A DNA stretch of 64,000 bases from contig CASEHX010000009.1 of the NCBI GenBank assembly GCA_949287905.1, forward strand, positions 23,365 to 87,364, written 5' to 3'. Of the stretch, positions 62,901 through 64,000 are shown in pieces. Both the position numbers and the translations under genes were made by a program. How positions within the stretch are numbered: the stretch's first letter is position 1; every line of letters begins with the position of its first letter. The stretch is from an uncultured Olsenella sp. (GTDB taxonomy: Bacteria; Actinomycetota; Coriobacteriia; Coriobacteriales; Atopobiaceae). A model generated the notes under the pieces. The model did not search any database and was not told the origin of the DNA. It was given only the letters and a program-made list of their open reading frames with translations.

Positions 62901-63041
62901 CCAGCGGGCGGAGGTGTCGGGGTCAACGAGCTTGCTCACCCCGGCGGTTTCCGCGCGCGCGGAGGGCGCGGCGGCCAGCGCAACGACGGCTGCGGCAAAC
63001 AGGGCGAGAAGTGCGTGCGTGAGCGTGCGGCGTCGAGACAT
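59973..63041 (-). CDS. LPXTG-anchored large surface protein with Pro-rich stalk and possible VWA-like domain
   Basis: ATG 63041. Signal peptide MSRRRTLTHALLALFAAAVVALAAAPSARA. C-terminal LPSTG plus hydrophobic segment plus REK. PEPEPTPDPEPTPEPNPEPTPDPEPEPDPEP stalk (about 60150-60300). DVVFVVSTNRL...VAVIGYDSKV is reminiscent of a VWA/MIDAS region but is degenerate. Confidence 0.85.
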   Translation of the reverse strand: MSRRRTLTHALLALFAAAVVALAAAPSARAETAGVSKLVDPDTSARWEEVFGTGSGTVSTENAGRIWADKSVYASADDARAAGLPVKIDADDHSFIVGLSTLASAVSVRQEGGPAHDVVFVVSTNRLLEDITYGGRPQADYLVDALNQAVARLMAENGDGAAPTRVAVIGYDSKVTTLMPLGTYEPDGNGNYFAYDGGTLSVTATATDGAGRTASARLGSGSYLQLATHVAGDVLAGAADDPGSAGRVPVLCLMGRETPPMASTNFTNPPVYTGDGTGFLGPLPGSRENGYGTDALLATLLTMRNEAARVGAAWGAERPLTFFTCGLDTSETAAYLLETAHEQAHHPLPGTGAAAGTDLRDNLSTAARTFAEASVAGEKDVTLHLFGSGPSGLVAEDVTFPCAPGLLSAADGYEVTPVDDYLSARSATALSWAFGTVVDRSLGVVYTAPASGGPGDDRPGGSRVTVSDEIGAGMEVARVSGIVYGDTLLDGELAAQAVKISLEDPGHVEATHEFGYLVEAMNSRYNLGYAVYDLFYDALQDGQFSYSGPGAFSNHASWYVNDAHEMIPMDGEPFAFATQAEVDAAADGRWQERAPEDVRKKIEAAQAAGATAVCETYYYIGNLPNQYTGGDVTLYDFAVMVETSLTTGRQTLLLSVPVDAVPARRTSVTVAEDGSATLALDGDTDVKPLRFAYLVSPTPDTEAVLERVDAGEEVSDEELGEALGADVQHVPSGARAVFASAFTGTGTDAAAGAVASAWAAQTNSYYAFSRDTPLFSRTSSGYAPLTTLPQSGQTYYFEQTVYTADVSSAENDAPAEVEKSMEPYTVALDASEIPLRFDVRDGQCVALAGTPRYVRPVALGSSEKDPNATGSAPYVDQLALSETGEGAVRLSARLGNNGALVLPDDADEPPVVDPTPDPEPEPTPDPEPTPEPNPEPTPDPEPEPDPEPAPNPEPDPTPDRDHSGTSDQPSDEGKSPSDTADREDEDMLPSTGDPASELSALLASLIFGLALLGGAIIISREK

Positions 63042-63209
63042 GATGCTCCGATTCTGAGACGGGAACGGGAAACAAATGACCCCTGTATACCCGCATTTCT
63101 CGCTTGTCCGCGTACGTTCGACGCGAGTGACACCAAAGCCGCGCATGCCTGACGCCTTGCTGAGCGGCGGCTCGACGCAACCTTGCGGCTGCCGGCCCTT
63201 CTCGCCGTG

Positions 63210-63305
63210 CCCGGCTCCTTGCCTGGCTCCGCCCGACCCCCTTGCCCGGTCTCTCGCCCGGCCCCCTTGCCCGGCCCCCGCTCTGCCCCCTTGCCCGGCC
63301 CCCGC
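63210..63305. repeat. short tandem repeat, CCCCCTTGCCCGG about every 24-25 nt
   Basis: Copies at 63237, 63262 and 63286, with a degenerate copy upstream. The region is intergenic, upstream of the LPXTG gene. Confidence 0.7.
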
Positions 63306-63308
63306 CCG

Positions 63309-63436
63309 AACTCTGACTTTTGCACGAGCGCATCCGTCCTGCAGATGATTAGAACATACATACTCGCAGGTATAAGCATTGCTCACCTTCGAACCGCTGT
63401 TGAGAAGCCCTTTTCGCTCGTGCAAAAGTCAGAGTT
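63309..63436 (-). mobile_element. MITE-like element family M2, copy C (inverted relative to A/B)
   Basis: Perfect 22-bp terminal inverted repeats, aactctgacttttgcacgagcg and cgctcgtgcaaaagtcagagtt. The internal ...ttctaatcatc... block matches copy B in reverse orientation. Confidence 0.6.
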
Positions 63437-63686
63437 GGCGCAAGGGGGCTGCGTGACGGTGGGTCGGACGGCGGCGGGAGCCGGCGGGCCCGGTGAGCCG
63501 GCCGCATGCTACACTGGTACCAACCACATACCGAGGGCACGGCTCTTGCAGCTGCTACGTCATGTTGAAAACGGCTCCGGTTTGACTCCGGATCAGCACA
63601 CGGCTGTGCCAGGGACGGCGGGGGACGCCCGCTGGCCCCGCCTTGCCCTCCCGACACCCGGACACCCGGGAGGAAGCGAGGCACCC

Positions 63687-64000
63687 ATGTCTCAGAACAA
63701 CGCCAGATCTGCCGAGAAGAGCCTCTTCGTGCGCATCGCTGCCTGCGCGGCGGCGCTCGTGCTCGCGCTGACCGTCGCTGCGTGCGGCGGCGCGCCGGCG
63801 ACGTCCGGCGGCGACAACCCCGCTGACACCGGCCAGGAGCAGCAGGCCACGATCGAGGTCACCGTGGAGATCGACGCGACGGCAGGTGAGGGCGAGAAGA
63901 CCACGGCGGAGGTCGAGCTCCCCGAGGGCGCCACGGCCTACGACGCGCTCGTTGCCGCCGCCGACGACGTCAACGCCTCGGACTCCGAGTACGGCATGTA
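63687..64000 (+). CDS. lipoprotein, DUF4430-like (N-terminal part; continues beyond the window)
   Basis: Not in the ORF track (no stop in window). ATG 63687 after GGGAGGAAG. MSQNNARSAEKSLFVRIAACAAALVLALTVAACGG (lipobox), then ATIEVTVEIDATAGEGEKTTAEVELPEGATAYDALVAAADDVNASDSEYGM. Confidence 0.65.
   Translation, partial: MSQNNARSAEKSLFVRIAACAAALVLALTVAACGGAPATSGGDNPADTGQEQQATIEVTVEIDATAGEGEKTTAEVELPEGATAYDALVAAADDVNASDSEYGM

Noticed and set aside
63437-63686. Cobalamin riboswitch upstream of the DUF4430-like lipoprotein gene
   Set aside because: DUF4430 genes are often B12-associated and the 250-nt leader has some stems. I could not find the conserved cobalamin riboswitch core by eye. An Infernal scan would be needed, so it is not reported as a feature.

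Overview
High-G+C (about 65% by eye) Gram-positive-type chromosome segment, probably Actinomycetota, possibly Coriobacteriia. This taxon guess is inferred from LPXTG sorting signals, Tat-lipoprotein signals, an anaerobe-type flavoprotein repertoire and codon usage. About 65 protein-coding genes look real. The many long Arg/Ala/Gly-rich ORFs in the track are antisense artefacts of high G+C. I saw no rRNA, tRNA, CRISPR array, integrase or transposase. Gene content is accessory-like. It includes three clear type II toxin-antitoxin pairs (RHH/PIN, RelB/YoeB, HigBA), two divergent DUF1016/YhcG PD-(D/E)xK nucleases, a partial DUF4143 AAA+ ATPase and several XRE regulators fused or paired with membrane proteins. 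It also holds an FecBCD-type ABC importer, an OatA-like acyltransferase, and a cluster of flavodoxin/FMN-reductase genes with two Tat-exported lipoproteins. Further genes are a LysR-controlled cyclophilin-like/CMD/cupin/aldo-keto-reductase cluster, CorA and MgtA magnesium transporters, a divergent ABC-F plus TetM/O-like GTPase pair next to a VanZ-RDD gene, a polar amino-acid ABC importer and a 1022-aa LPXTG surface protein. The most unusual signals are at the DNA level. (1) The 9-mer GGCGAGAAG/CTTCTCGCC is extremely over-represented, mostly codon-phased, and occurs about once per 0.8 kb on both strands. (2) A family of 12 TGA-capped palindromic hairpins supplies stop codons to flanking genes or sits just upstream of start codons. 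(3) Two foldback-like elements built from exactly 19-nt-periodic GTGCGCAC-core subrepeats bracket an esterase/TetR module. (4) The TetR gene in that module is broken by a perfect 17-bp tandem duplication. (5) Two further MITE-like inverted-repeat families have no transposase in the window. (6) LexA/Cheo-type boxes overlap the promoters of higBA and of one DUF1016 nuclease module. All functional calls rest on motif recognition by eye, with no database search, so families are more reliable than specific functions.
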